A stretch of DNA of 64,000 nucleotides from the human T2T-CHM13v2.0 reference genome, Homo sapiens. Below, one piece after another: positions 30,187 through 43,000 of the stretch. Each line of letters begins with the position of its first letter. Position 1 is the stretch's first letter. The notes beneath the pieces are model-generated. The model searched no databases, was not told where the DNA came from, and worked only from the letters and a program-made list of their open reading frames with translations. Where the stretch lies: assembly GCF_009914755.1 (NCBI RefSeq), contig NC_060925.1, one strand, 5' to 3'. Position numbers and translations under genes: made by a program.

Positions 30187-31534
30187 CTTCTGCATCCTGA
30201 AGTTCAAGTCATCTGCCCAAGCCTGGGGTTTCTCATCTCAATAACAGGGTGCCAGTCAATGCCTCCCTACCTCTTCCCGGGGAGGAACTTCGTTCTTCCC
30301 TGCCTGCGGTTGTGGATCTAGACCCTGGCCCTGATTCCCTATAAGGCTTTCCCCAGCCTCAGTTTTCTACCCCCCAGCATGGGGTGGCAGTCCTGCCTGC
30401 CTGCCTCACAGGAATGATTCCAGGCCTGGGGACCTCGTGGGGACCTCAGTGGTTGTTGCTGGGCTGGGTTTTGGAGATCTGACCTTCCTCCCTGGCTGAG
30501 ATGGCTGACTTCTCTGCACCATTAACACCCTGACGAGGAGGTGATGGAAATATTTTGGCCTAGGGGTGAGGGCTAGGGGCCCCCGAAGCAGCTGAAGGCA
30601 CATTCCTCCCGGTCCCCACCTCCACTTGCCCTGGGGCCCGGGCTGCTGGGGATTCTTTCCTTTCACCCTGGACCTCAGAGCACTGATGCAAATCGGGTGC
30701 ATGCCCTTGGGGTCCTTTGGATCCAAATGGCCAGTCGGGGTGACCCAGTTGGGTATTTGTGTGGAGGAGTGGGGCTGCCATCTGACCACTCAGATCCCGT
30801 CCTTCCTCCCCCTCCATGCTTGCCTCATGTCAGGACTTTCTAAAGCAGTTTTAGATGTGCTATCTTGTTGGACTTTGCATCTCCTCAGTGAGGGGAGAGT
30901 GATTGCCACTGTTCTGCTGATGAGTGAACTGAGGCTCAGAAAGGGGCAAGTTGTTGCCCAGGGTCACACCGTGAATTTGTAGCAGAGCTGGGATTAGAAC
31001 TCATGTTCTGGATCTCCGCCTGGGTCGTGTCCTATCTGCTGCCAAGGCCTAGCTTTCTGCCTCCACAACATCCCCTTCCCCCTTTCTTCCCTCCTCATGA
31101 TAGCCACTGTCACCACCCCTCCAGCCTGTGCTCATTATCACATGGCCCCTCACGGGGTACTGTCTCCAGGCTGGACCCCACCACACCCACCAGAGGGATG
31201 CTCCTAAGTGGTAGTTGGGCTCTAAAACCACTCTCTCCAGACCAAAGCGAATTGGACTAAAGGGGGTCCCAGCTGTAGGAGCTCCTGGTCCAGCAGAAGA
31301 AATTGTCACATAGAGGACTCCCTTGGCAAAGAGAAGAGGGGGAACATAGGGCAGAAAGTTCAGGGAGTGCTGCCTGGAGGAGGAGACCCTTGGGGTGGGT
31401 GTCATGAGAATTATCAGGCAAAGAATGCTGGGAAGGGCATTCGAGGAGGAAGGCATAGCATGAGCCATGGCTGCAGAGTGGAGCTGGGTGACCTGGACTG
31501 CTTGAGGCAGTGCTACATTTTCAGGGAGTAAATC

Positions 31535-31735
31535 TGTGGTTCCCACACTTAGGGCTGCTTTGGTATCTCCTGAGGAGTTTATGAAATGCAGATTCCTGGG
31601 CCCAGTTCCTGGAGATTCTGGGCCAGGCAGAGGAATCTGCAATTCTCAAAGCGGGAGGGTAGGAGGAGTTGCCGCAGCCTCATTCCACCACTCTGATGCA
31701 GGTGGCCCCTGGGCCATGCTTGGAGAAACACTAGC
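31535..31735. mobile_element. MER5A-like hAT MITE remnant
   Basis: AAATGCAGATTCCTGGGCCC...GGAATCTGCAATT internal palindrome typical of MER5A. Confidence 0.6.
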
Positions 31736-32077
31736 AGGACTGAGGTGGCCTTGGACAGAGCACTGTGGAGGGGTCTGGGGTGGAGGCAGAGGTGGAGTGC
31801 GCTGTAGGAAGAGCTGCAGAAGCTGGACCCTCTTGGACAAGCCTATTGAAAAGTTTGGCTTGCCCATCCCCTGTCCCCACTGACACATTTTATCCTTCTC
31901 TTTTCATCATTCTCTAGTGCTCTTATCACCAACTTATAGGCTGAACATTAATTTATTACCTGTTTCACTCAACTATGAGGGCTGCATGAGAAAAGGGATT
32001 TTGTCTATCTTGTTCACTGCTGTACCCCAATGTCTGTAACATGGAAGGTGATCAAGGGAGGTTTTGTTCTGTTTGCA

Positions 32078-32372
<295 letters not shown>

Positions 32373-33156
32373 TGCATTTTGTTTTTTTAGGGTGGAAGAG
32401 ATCTGAGCGTGCTGAGAGGCTGGCAGGAAAAAGGGTGAGTAAGCCTTGATGTGTACAAAAGAGAGACAGAGAGAGCCAGGCAGACATGTCAGAGAACAGC
32501 AACAGCTCTTCCCTTTAAGCCGGCAGGGAGTGGGGACATACAGGGTGGAGAGGGGCTGCCTGTGGCAGGTGCCAGGAAGACCCCAGTGGCCTCCTTTTCT
32601 CCATGAAGTGGCAGACAAGGGGCTTCCTGGGAAGAGAGGGGAGGAGAGGAGAGGGTGGAGACTGGTGATGTGCATTGGGCCCAGAGCCATTCTTGAGCAG
32701 GTGGAGAGGAAAGCATTTTTGAGGCCGGCGTGCTGGTCATGACCCTCTTTTGTTCAGAATCTCCCAGAGTCCCCTAACCTCAGGAGAGGGCCATGCCTTG
32801 GCCTCGAGAGGCGTTAAAAACCAGCCTCCCATCTCAGTGTCTCCAGCTGGGCCATGCACTGCTTCCTACCTCCATTATAACTGGACCACAGATCCCGAGC
32901 TGCCTCCTCCAGGAAGCCGGCCCGGATTCAGTGCCCATCTGACTGAGTTCCCGCAGCACCTAGCCTGTCCCTTCTGTGAGACTTGGCTCCTCTTGCCTCC
33001 TATCACAGTCGCCTGTGCTCTCATCTGCCTCCCTGTGGACTCTGAGGATGAGGCGAGGGCTGATTCAGCTCAGGGGTGAGAGCAGGTGCCAGCAGCTTAT
33101 GGGCTGGGCCGGGCCTGGGCAGTGGGCAGGCCGTGGGCTCAGATGACAGGTACCTG

Positions 33157-33170
33157 GCGCCCTCTGCTGG
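33157..33170 (-). promoter_or_regulatory. CTCF consensus motif (CCAGCAGAGGGCGC on - strand)
   Basis: 14-mer identical to 6808-6821; full match to the CTCF core consensus. Confidence 0.65.
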
Positions 33171-33617
33171 TCTAGCTGGGCAAGGCTGCTGCTCCAGAGT
33201 GGCCGGAAGCTTCCTGGGAGAGGCCTGGTTCTCTGGGCCTGTCCCTCTCTCCCTATTCCTTCCTTCCTCCCTTCCTGAAACTGCGTCCTCCAAATCCTGC
33301 TCCAGCACCAGCAACCCCCTGCTTTTCAACAGCCTCTGGCAGCGTTTCGGTCCCTTTCTGGCCTTGACTGGAAGGCCCCTGTCCCCCAAGGACACTGCTG
33401 CCGTCCCTGCAGTCCTTTCCCCCCGCCTGAGAGGGGTAGGGTCTCCTTGCTCTCAGTGCCCCACTCTCTGGATCATTGTCCTTCTCTCCTCCATAAACGC
33501 AGTCATGCGCCACACAGCAATGTTTCAGGCAACGACAGACCACATACATGACAGTGGTTCCATAAGATTACAACAGAGCTGAGAAACTCCTGTCACCTCG
33601 CTTAGGGACGTCATAGC

Positions 33618-34080
33618 TGTCAGGCCTCTGAGCCCAAGCCAAGCCATCGCATCCCCTGTGACTTGCACGTATACGCCCAGATGGCCTGAAGTAACTGAAG
33701 AATCACAAAAGAAGTGAATATGCCCTGCCCCACCTTAACTGATGACATTCCACCACAAAAGAAGTGTAAATGGCTGGTCCTTGCCTTAACTGATGACATT
33801 ACCTTGTGAAAGTCCTTTTCCTGGTTCATCCTGGCTCAAAAAGCACCCCCACTGAGCACCTTGCGACCCCCACTCCTACCCGCCAGAGAACAAACCCCCT
33901 TTGACTGTAATTTTCCTTTACCTACCTAAATCCTATAAAACGGCCCTACCCTTATCTCCCTTCGCTGACTCTCTTTTTGGACTCAGCCCGCCTGCACCCA
34001 GGTGAAATAAACAGCCATGTTGCTCACACAAAGCCTGTTTGGTGGTCTCTTCACACGGATGCACATGAAATTTGGTGAAA
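33618..34080 (+). promoter_or_regulatory. 5' LTR7 (463 bp) promoter
   Basis: TATAAAA at 33934-33940, AATAAA at 34006-34011, SOX-like ACAAAAGA at 33705 and 33755; matches the LTR7 consensus as I recall it. Confidence 0.93.
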
Positions 34081-35411
34081 TTTGGTGCCGTTACTCGGAT
34101 CGGGGGACCTCCCTTGGGAGATCAATCCCCTGTCCTCCTGCTCTTTGCTCCATGAGAAAGATCCACCTACGACCTCAGGTCCTCAGACCGACCAGCCCAA
34201 GAAACATCTCACCAATTTCAAGTCCAGTAAGCTGCCTCTTTTTACTCTCTTCTCCAACCTCCCTCACTATCCCTCAACCTCTTTCTCCTTTCAATCTTGG
34301 CGCCACACTTCAATCTCTGCCTTCTCTTAATTTCAATTTCTTTCATTTTTTGGTAGAGACAAAAGAGACATGTTTTATCCATGAACCCAAAACCCCGGTG
34401 CCGGTCACGGACTGGGAAGGCAGCCTTCCCTTGGTGTTTAATCATTGCAGGGATGCCTCTCTGATTATCCACTCACGTTTCAAGGGTGTCAGACCACGCA
34501 GGGACGCCTGCCTTGGTCCTTCACCCTTAGCGGCAAGTCCCGCTTTCCTAGGGGGCAAGGACCCCCCAATCGCTTATTTCCGCACCCCAACCTCTTATCT
34601 CTGTGCCCCAATCCCTTATTTCCGCACCCTGACCTCTTATCTCTGTGCCCCAATCCCTTATTTCCGTGTCCCAACCCCCTCTCTGCTTTTCTGGAGGGCA
34701 AGAACCCCACTCCCCTCCTCCGTGTCTCTACGCTCTCTTTTCTCAGGGTTTGCCTCCTTCACTATGGGCAACCTTCCACCCTCCATTCCTCCTTCTTCTC
34801 CTTTAGCCTGTGTCCTTAAGAACTTAAAACCTCTTCAACTCACACCTGACCTAAAACCTAAATGCCTTATTTTCTTCTGCAACACCACTTGGCCCCGATA
34901 CAAACTTGACAATGGCCCTAAATGGCCAGAAAACGGCACTTTTGATTTCTGCATCCTACAAGACCTAAATAATTTTTGTCGAAAAATGGGCAAATGGTCT
35001 GAGGTGCCTTACGTCCAGGCATTTTTCACACTTCGTTCCCTCCCTAGCCTCTGTTCCCAATGCAATTCCTCCCAGATCCTCCTTCTTTCCCTCCCGCCTG
35101 TCCCCTCAGTCCCAACCCCAAGCGTCGCTGAGTCTTTCCAGTCTTCCTTTTCTACAGACCCATCTGACCTTTCCCCTCCTCCCCAGGCTGCTCATCGCCA
35201 GGCCAAGCTAAGTCCCAATTCTTCCTCAGCCTCCGCTCCTCCACCCTATAATCCTTTTATCACCTCCCCTCCTCACACCCGATCCGGCTCACAGTTTCGT
35301 TCCGTGACTGGCCCTCCCCCACCTGCCCAGCAATTTACTCTTAAAAAGGTGGATGGAGCCAAAGGCATAGTCAAGGTTAATGCTCCTTTTTCTTTATCCC
35401 AAATCAGATAG
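34017..35411 (+). other. 464-codon open frame: U5/leader/pre-gag fused to truncated HERV-H Gag (Gag ATG at 34764); translation unproven
   Basis: ORF track. Contains the MGNLPPSIPPSSPLACVLKNL matrix start, WPENGTFD and WSEVPYVQAFF gammaretroviral MA motifs, and a PPPY late domain. Confidence 0.5.
34083..34100 (+). other. Primer binding site complementary to tRNA-His
   Basis: TGGTGCCGTTACTCGGAT versus the tRNA-His 3' complement TGGTGCCGTGACTCGGAT (17/18). Confidence 0.92.
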
Positions 35412-38200
35412 CATTTAGGCTCTTTTTCATCAAATATAAAAATCCAGCCCAGTTCATGACTCGTTTGGCAGCAACCCTGAGACACTTTACAGCCCTAGAC
35501 CCTAAAAAGTCAAAGGGCCGTCTTATTCTCAATACTCATTTTATTACCCAATCCGCTCCTGACATTAAATAAAACTCCAAAAATTAAATTCCGGCCCTCA
35601 AACCTCACAACAGGATTTAATTAACCTCGCCTTCAAGGTGTGCAATAATAGAAAACAGTTGCAATTCCTTGCCTCCACTGTGAGACAAACCCCAGCCACA
35701 TCTCCAGCACACAAGAACTTCCAAACGCCTGAACCACAGCGGCCAGGCGTTCCTCCAGAACCTCCTCCCCCAGGAGTTTGCTACAAGTGCCAGAAATCTG
35801 GCCACTGGGCCAAGGAATGCCCGCAGCCCGGGATTCCTCTTAAGCCGCGTCCCATCTGTGCGGGACCCCACTGAAAATCGGACTGTTCAACTCACCTGGC
35901 AGCCACTCCCAGAGCCCCTGGAACTCTGGCCCAAGGCTCTCTGACTCCTTCCCAGATCTTCTCGGCTTAGCGGCTGAAGACTGACACTGCCCGATCGCCT
36001 CGGAAGCCCCCAGACCATCACGGACGCCGAGCTTTGGGTAACTCTCACAGTGGAAGGTAAGCCCGTCCCCTTCTTAATCAATACGGAGGCTACTCACTCC
36101 ACATTACCTTCTTTTCAAGGGCCTGTTTCCCTTGCCTCCATAACTGTTGTGGGTATTGACGGCCAGGCTTCTAAACCTCTTAAAACTCCCCAACTCTGGT
36201 GCCAACTTAGACAATACTCTTTTAAGCACTCCTTTTTAGTTATCCCCACCTGCCCAGTTCCCTTATTAGGCTGAGACACTTTAAATTATCTGCTTCCCTG
36301 ACTATTCCTGGACTACAGCTATATCTCATTGCCGCCCTTCTTCCCAATCCAAAGCCTCCTTTGCGTCTTCCTCTTGTATCTCCCCACCTTAACCTACAAG
36401 TATAAGATACCTCTACTCCCTCCTTGGTGACCGATCATGCACCCCTTACCATCTCATTAAAACCTAATCACCCTTACCCCACTCAACGCCAATATCCCAT
36501 CCCGCAGCACGCTTTAAAAAGATTAAAGCCTGTTATCACTCGCCTGCTACAGCATGGCCTTTTAAAGCCTATAAACTCTCCTTACAATTCCCCCATTTTA
36601 CCTGTCCTAAAACCAGACAAGCCTTACAAGTTAGTTCAGGATCTGCGCCTTATCAACCAAATTGTTTTGCCTATCCACCCCATGGTGCCAAACCCATATA
36701 CTCTCCTATCCTCAATACCTGCCTCTATAACCCATTATTCTGTTCTGGATCTCAAACATGCTTTCTTTACTATTCCTTTGCACCCGTCATCCCAGCCTCT
36801 CTTCACTTTCACTTTGACTGACCCTGACACCCATCAAGCTCAGCACATTACCTAGGCTGTACTGCTGCAAAGCTTCACAGACAGCCCCCATTACTTCAAT
36901 CAAGCCCAAATTTCTTCCTCATCTGTTACCTATCTTGGCGTAATTCTCATAAAAACACATGTGCTCTCCCTGCCAATCGTGTCCGACTGATCTCTCAAAC
37001 CCCAGCACCTTCTACAAAACAACAACTCCTTTCCTTCCTAGGCATGGTTAGCGTGGTCAGAATTCTTACACAAGAGCCAGGACCACACCCTGTAGGCTTT
37101 CTGTCCAAACAACTTGACCTTACTGTTTTAGCCTAGCCCTCATGTCTGCGTGCAGCGGCTGCCACTGCTTTAATACTTTTAGAGGCCCTCAAAATCACAA
37201 ACTATGCTCAACTCACTCTCTACATTTCTCATAACTTCCAAAATCTATTTTCTTCCTCATACCTGACACATATACTTTCTGCTTCCCAGCTCCTTCAGCT
37301 GTACTCACTCTTTGTTGAGTCTCCCACAATTACCGTTGTTCCTGGCCCAGACCTCAATCTGGCCTCCCACATTATTCCTGATACCACACCTGACCCCCAC
37401 GACTGTATCTCTCTGATCCACCTGATATTCACCCCATTTCCCCATATTTCCTTCTTTCCTGTTCCTCACCCTGATCATGCTTGATTTATTGATGGCAGTT
37501 CCACCAGGCCTAATCGCCACACACCAGCAAAGGCAGACTACGCTATAGTACAAGCCACTAGCCCACCTCTTAGAACCTCTCATTTCCTTTCCATCATGGA
37601 AATCTATCCTCAAGGAAATAACTTCTCAGTGTTCCATCTGCTATTCTACTACTCCTCAGGGATTATTCAGGACCCCTCCCTTCCCTACACATCAAGCTCG
37701 AGGATTTGCCCCACCCAGGACTGGCAAATTAGCTTTACTCAACATGCCTGAGTCAGATAACTAAAATACCTCTTAGTCTGGAGGTATTTTAGTTACTGGA
37801 TAAGTACTGGCCTTTCCTACAGGGTCTGAGAAGGCCACCGCAGTCATCTCTTCCCTTCTGTCAGACACAATTCCTCAGTTTAGCCTTCCCACCTCAATAC
37901 AGTCTGATAACAGATGAGCCTTTATTAGTCAAATCAGCCAAGCATTTTTTCAGGCTCTTAGTATTCAGTGAAACCTTTATATCCCTTACGGTCCTCCGTC
38001 TTCAAGAAAAGTAGAACAGACTAATGGTCTTTTAAAAACACACCTCACCAAACTCAGCCACCAAAAAGGACTGGACAATACTTTTATCACTTTCCCTTCT
38101 CAGAATTCAGGCCTGTCCTCGGAATGCTACAAGGTACAGCCCATTTAAGCTCCTGTATAGACGCTCCTTTTTATTAGGCCCCAGTCTCATTCCAGACACC
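35412..38200 (+). pseudogene. Disrupted HERV-H gag(NC)-pro-pol remnants
   Basis: CCHC knuckle CYKCQKSGHWAKEC; second knuckle broken by TGA; degenerate protease FLINTEATHS; RT SPYNSPILPV...LVQDLR...LDLKHAFF ending in TAG at 36855; RNaseH and integrase traces with stops. Confidence 0.9.
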
Positions 38201-38778
38201 AGACCAACTTGGACTGTGCCCCAGAAAACTTGTCATCCCTACTATCTTCTGTCTAGTCATACTCCTATTCACCGTTCTCAACTACTCATACATGCCCTGC
38301 TCTTGTTTACACTGCCGGTTTACACTGTTTTTCCAAGCCATCACAGCTGATATCTCCCGGTGGTATCCCAAAACTGCCACTCTTAACTCTTGAAGTAAAT
38401 AATCTTTGCTGGCAGGACTATGCTGAATCTCCTTAGGCACTCTCTAATTAGATGTCCTAGGTCCTCCCAATTCTTAGTCCTTTTATACCTGTTTTTCTCC
38501 TTCTCTTATTCCATTTAGTTTTTCAATTCATACAAAACCGTATCCAGGCCATCACCAATCATTCTATACGACAAACGTTTCTTCTAACATCCCCACAATA
38601 TCACCCCTTACCACAAGATCTCCCTTCAGCTTAATCTCTCCCATTCTAGGTTCCCACGCCGCCCCTAATCCCGCTTGAAGCAGCCCTGAGAAACATCGCC
38701 CATTCTCTCTCCATACCACCCCCCAAAAATTTTCGCCGCCCCAACACTTCAACACTATTTTATTTTTCTTATTAATAT

Positions 38779-38791
38779 AAGAAGGCAGGAA
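38779..38791 (+). other. Polypurine tract
   Basis: AAGAAGGCAGGAA immediately before the TG of the 3' LTR. Confidence 0.88.
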
Positions 38792-39285
38792 TGTCAGGCC
38801 TCTGAGCCCAAGCCACGCCATCGCATCCCCTGTGACTTGCACGTATACGCCCAGATGGCCTGAAGTAACTGAAGAATCACAAAAGAAGTGAATATGCCCT
38901 GCCCCGCCTTAACTGATGACATTCCACCACAAAAGAAGTGTAAATGGCCGGTCCTTGCCTTAACTGATGACATTACCTTGTGAAAGTCCTTTCCCTGGTT
39001 CATCCTGGCTCAAAAAGCACCTCCACTGAGCACCTTGCGACCCCCACTCCTGCCCACTGAGCACCTTGCGACCCCCACTCCTACCCGCCAGATAACAAAC
39101 CCCCTTTGACTGTAATTTTCCTTTACCTACCCAAATCCTATAAAACGGCCCCACCCTTATCTCCCTTCGCTGACTCTCTTTTCGGACTCAGCCCACCTGC
39201 ACCCAGGTGAAATAAACAGCCATGTTGCCCACACAAAGCCTGTTTGGTGGTCTCTTCACACGGACGCGCCTGAAATCTGGTGAAA
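38792..39285 (+). promoter_or_regulatory. 3' LTR7 (494 bp) with poly(A) signal
   Basis: Direct repeat of the 5' LTR plus one extra 31-bp unit; AATAAA at 39211-39216. Confidence 0.93.
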
Positions 39286-39518
39286 ATAGCCATTGTAACG
39301 TCGTAGCACAGTTACTTAAAAAAATAAATTTAGCGTAGCCTAAATGTACACTTTTTATAAAGTTTATAGTTAAGTACAGTAATGTCCCTGGCCTTCACAT
39401 TCACTCCCCACTCACTCACTGACACCCAGAGCCACTTCCAGTCCTGCAAGCTCTGTTCATGCTAAGTGCCCTACACAGATGTGCCATTTTTCTCTTTTAC
39501 ATTTTATTTTTACTATAG

Positions 39519-39852
<334 letters not shown>

Positions 39853-40089
39853 CTAGATTTGTTTAAATGCACAAATACTTACCATTGTGTTACAGTTGGC
39901 TACAGCATTCAGCATTGTGCTGTACAAGTCTGTAGTCTAGGAGCAATAGGCTGTCTATCCCATATAGCCTCGGTGTGTAGTGGGCTACCCCATCTAGGTC
40001 TAACTATATGATATTCGCACCATGACAAAATTGCCAGGGACATATGGATGCATGACTGTATTGAAGTTCCTGTCATCAGATTACACCGG

Positions 40090-43000
40090 AAGACTTAGCT
40101 CCGGCTCATGGCCCTTTCACCTGCTGGGGGATTTCAGCGTGTTTCTAGAGAGTCGGTTGCACGCTCTGGCACCTCAGTCCTTCCACCTCCAGAGACCTTG
40201 CCTGCCCCTTTTTCAGCCTTCCATTCCCACCTGCATACTCTTGCCCTTGTCACTACGATAACAAGCTCCTCCAGAACCTCCATTCCAAACACGCCCTTTC
40301 TGACCACCACTTTCCTTTTCTCCCAACTCCAATATTTTCATTGACGCCAGCCTTTCACGTCTGCCTCTCACTCACCTCCTTGCACATCTCCCCTCCTCCC
40401 AGCCCAGACTTCATGGTCCAGTCTGCCATCCACCCTCCCCACATCCTCGTACTAGTTATTGTACTCACAGAGGAGAAATCCCACTCTACTTAAACTCAGC
40501 CACCCCCAACCCCCTGCTCCTGCACCCAGGCGGCTGAGCACAGCCAGAGAGAAACACACATGCTTTCTGGTCTCACTCACAAACCACTCGGCTCCCGTGG
40601 GCCCTGGAGGCGGTCCTAAAAACCCACTCCGTTTCCAAGTCCATTTCTCTGCCTGACTTATTTATTTTATTTTTTATCTCAGTAAAAGCGTATATAATAG
40701 TTATATGTTGCAGGCAATATTCTAAGCATGTTATTATCAAGTATTTTTTAAACAACTCTGTGAGGTACATTCTGTAACTATTGCCATTTCACAGACGAAG
40801 AGATAGACACACAGGAAGAGACTGCGTGACTTGTCCTGGAGCCCAGGCCTGTGGCCCCGTGCAGTGCTGCCCTGCCCCCAGACAATGACAGCAACATGCC
40901 TTCTCCTTTCTCCTTAAACCCCCAAATCCTTCTCCCCCAGCCTGCCTTATAGTTGCTGCCTTGCTTCCTATTCCAACGAGAAAATAGACTCAATAAAGAG
41001 AGAACCTCCAATGGCTCCCCCCTCCACATCATCTCCCTACCTGCCTGCCTGTGCCTCCTTTTCCACCTTCCCCTGTGATTATGGCTGCACCCTTGTCTAG
41101 AGGATAGAGCCTTCCACCTGTGCACTAGGATCCATCCCTTCTCACCTCCTAAGAGATGCTCCCTACTCTCCAGCATTGCCAGCTTCTCTGTCTCAACTGT
41201 AACACTTCCATCAGCTCTGGGCCATCACCCATCTTCCTGCTTCCCCAAGGATATAGGGAAAACCTTGAAAGTGATGTCTGTGGTGGCCGTCTTTGGCTCC
41301 TCTTCCTGCATTGTCTCTACACAGGCCTTCCTGGTGATCTCCACATGGCTAAATCAGAACACCGGACCCCAGCATCTGACTGATTTTCCTTTCTCACCTT
41401 GCTTGTCCCGTGGGCCTCATTTGACCCAGTTGGTCACTTCCTCCTCCTGGACATGCTCCCTCGTGATCTCTGTGAGTCCCCTGTCATTGAATTACGTTGA
41501 TATGTTGACAACTTCCAGCCCAGCATCTCCCCTAAGTTCCATGTGACACCTTGGCCATCTGGTGAATGGCTCAAACCCATGCACCCAGAACTCCTCAGTT
41601 CTCCACTAAGCCACTCCTCTCTGGGCTCCCCAGCTGCTCCTTAAGTGACAAGGCCAAAACACTGTCACCTCTCACATCTCAACTGTGGAAAAATACAAAT
41701 ACAAATACACTCAGAGTCCCACTGCTGCCTCTGATCTAAGCCACTACCAGTGTGGCTCACAGTCTCCCACCTGCTCTCTCTGCTTTTACCCTGGCCCCCG
41801 ACATCTATTTTCCAAATAGCACTCACAGCAATCCTCAAAAATTATAAATCAGATCATGTCCCTCTGATATGGTTTCGCTGTGTCCCTATTCAAATCTCAG
41901 CTTGAATTGTATTTCCCAGAATTCCCACGTGTTGTGGGAGGGACCCAGGGGGAGGTAATTGAATCATGGGGGATGGTCTTTCCCATGCTATTCTCATGGT
42001 AGTGAATAAGTCTCAGGAGATCTGATGGGTTTATCAGGGGTTTCCATTTTTGCTTCCTCCTCATTTTCTCTTGCCTCCGCCATGTAAGAAGTGCCTTTCG
42101 TTTCCCGTCATGATTCTGAGACCTCCGCAGCCACGTGGAACTATAAGTCCAATTAAACCTATTTTTCTTCCTAGTCTCAGGTATGTCTTTATCAGCAGCA
42201 TAAAAATGGACTAATCCAGTAAATTGGTACTGAGAGTGGGGTGTTGCTTAAAAGATACCTGAAAATGTGGAAATGACTTTGAAATTGGGTAACAGGCAGA
42301 ATTTGGAACAGTTTGGAGGGCTCAGAAGAAGACAGGAAAATGTGAGAAAGTTTGGAACTTCCTAGAGACTTGTTGAATGGCTTTGACAAAAATACTCATA
42401 GTGATATGAACAATAAGGCCCAAGGTGAGGTGGTCTCAGAGGGGGCAGATGAGGAACTTGTTGGGAACTGGAGCAAAGGTGACTCCTGTTATGTTTTAGC
42501 AAAGAGACTGGCAACATTTTGCCCCTGCCCTTGAGATTTGTGGAACGTCGAACTTGAGAGAGACGATTTAGGGTATCTGGTGGAAGAAATTTCTAAGCAG
42601 CAAAGCATTCAAGAGGTGACTTGGGTACTGTTAAAAACATTCTGTTTTGAACGGGAAGCAGAGCACAAAAGTTCAGAAAATTTGCAGCCTAATATTGCAG
42701 TAGAAAAGAAAAACCCATTTTTTGAGGAGAAATTCAAGCCAGCTGCAGAAATTTGCCTAAGTAGCAAGGAGCCTAGTGTTAATCCTCAAAACCATGGAGA
42801 AAATGTCTCCAGGCCATGTCAGGGACCTTCACAACAGCTCCTCCCATCACAGGCCTAGAGCCCCAGGAGGAAAAAGTGGTTTTGTGGGCCAGGCCCAGGG
42901 TTCCTGTGCTGTGTGCAGCCCAGGGACTTGGTGCTCTGTGTCCCAGCTGCTCCAGGCATGGCTGAAAGGGGTCAACATACAGCTTGGGCTGTGGCTTCAG

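Larger units (their letters stand above)
33618..39285 (+). mobile_element. HERV-H provirus, two LTR7s, env-deleted ~5.7 kb type
   Basis: Paired LTRs starting TGTCAGGCCTCTGAGCCCAAG, 5-bp TSD ATAGC (33613-33617, 39286-39290), tRNA-His PBS, PPT, and gag/pro/pol remnants. Confidence 0.97.

Noticed and set aside
34083-34100. tRNA-His-like sequence
   Set aside because: Only the 18-nt retroviral primer binding site; no tRNA body.
36050-38200. Functional retroviral protease/RT/integrase
   Set aside because: Catalytic protease motif is degenerate (NTEA), RT is truncated with no YxDD seen, there are multiple stops, and env is essentially absent.
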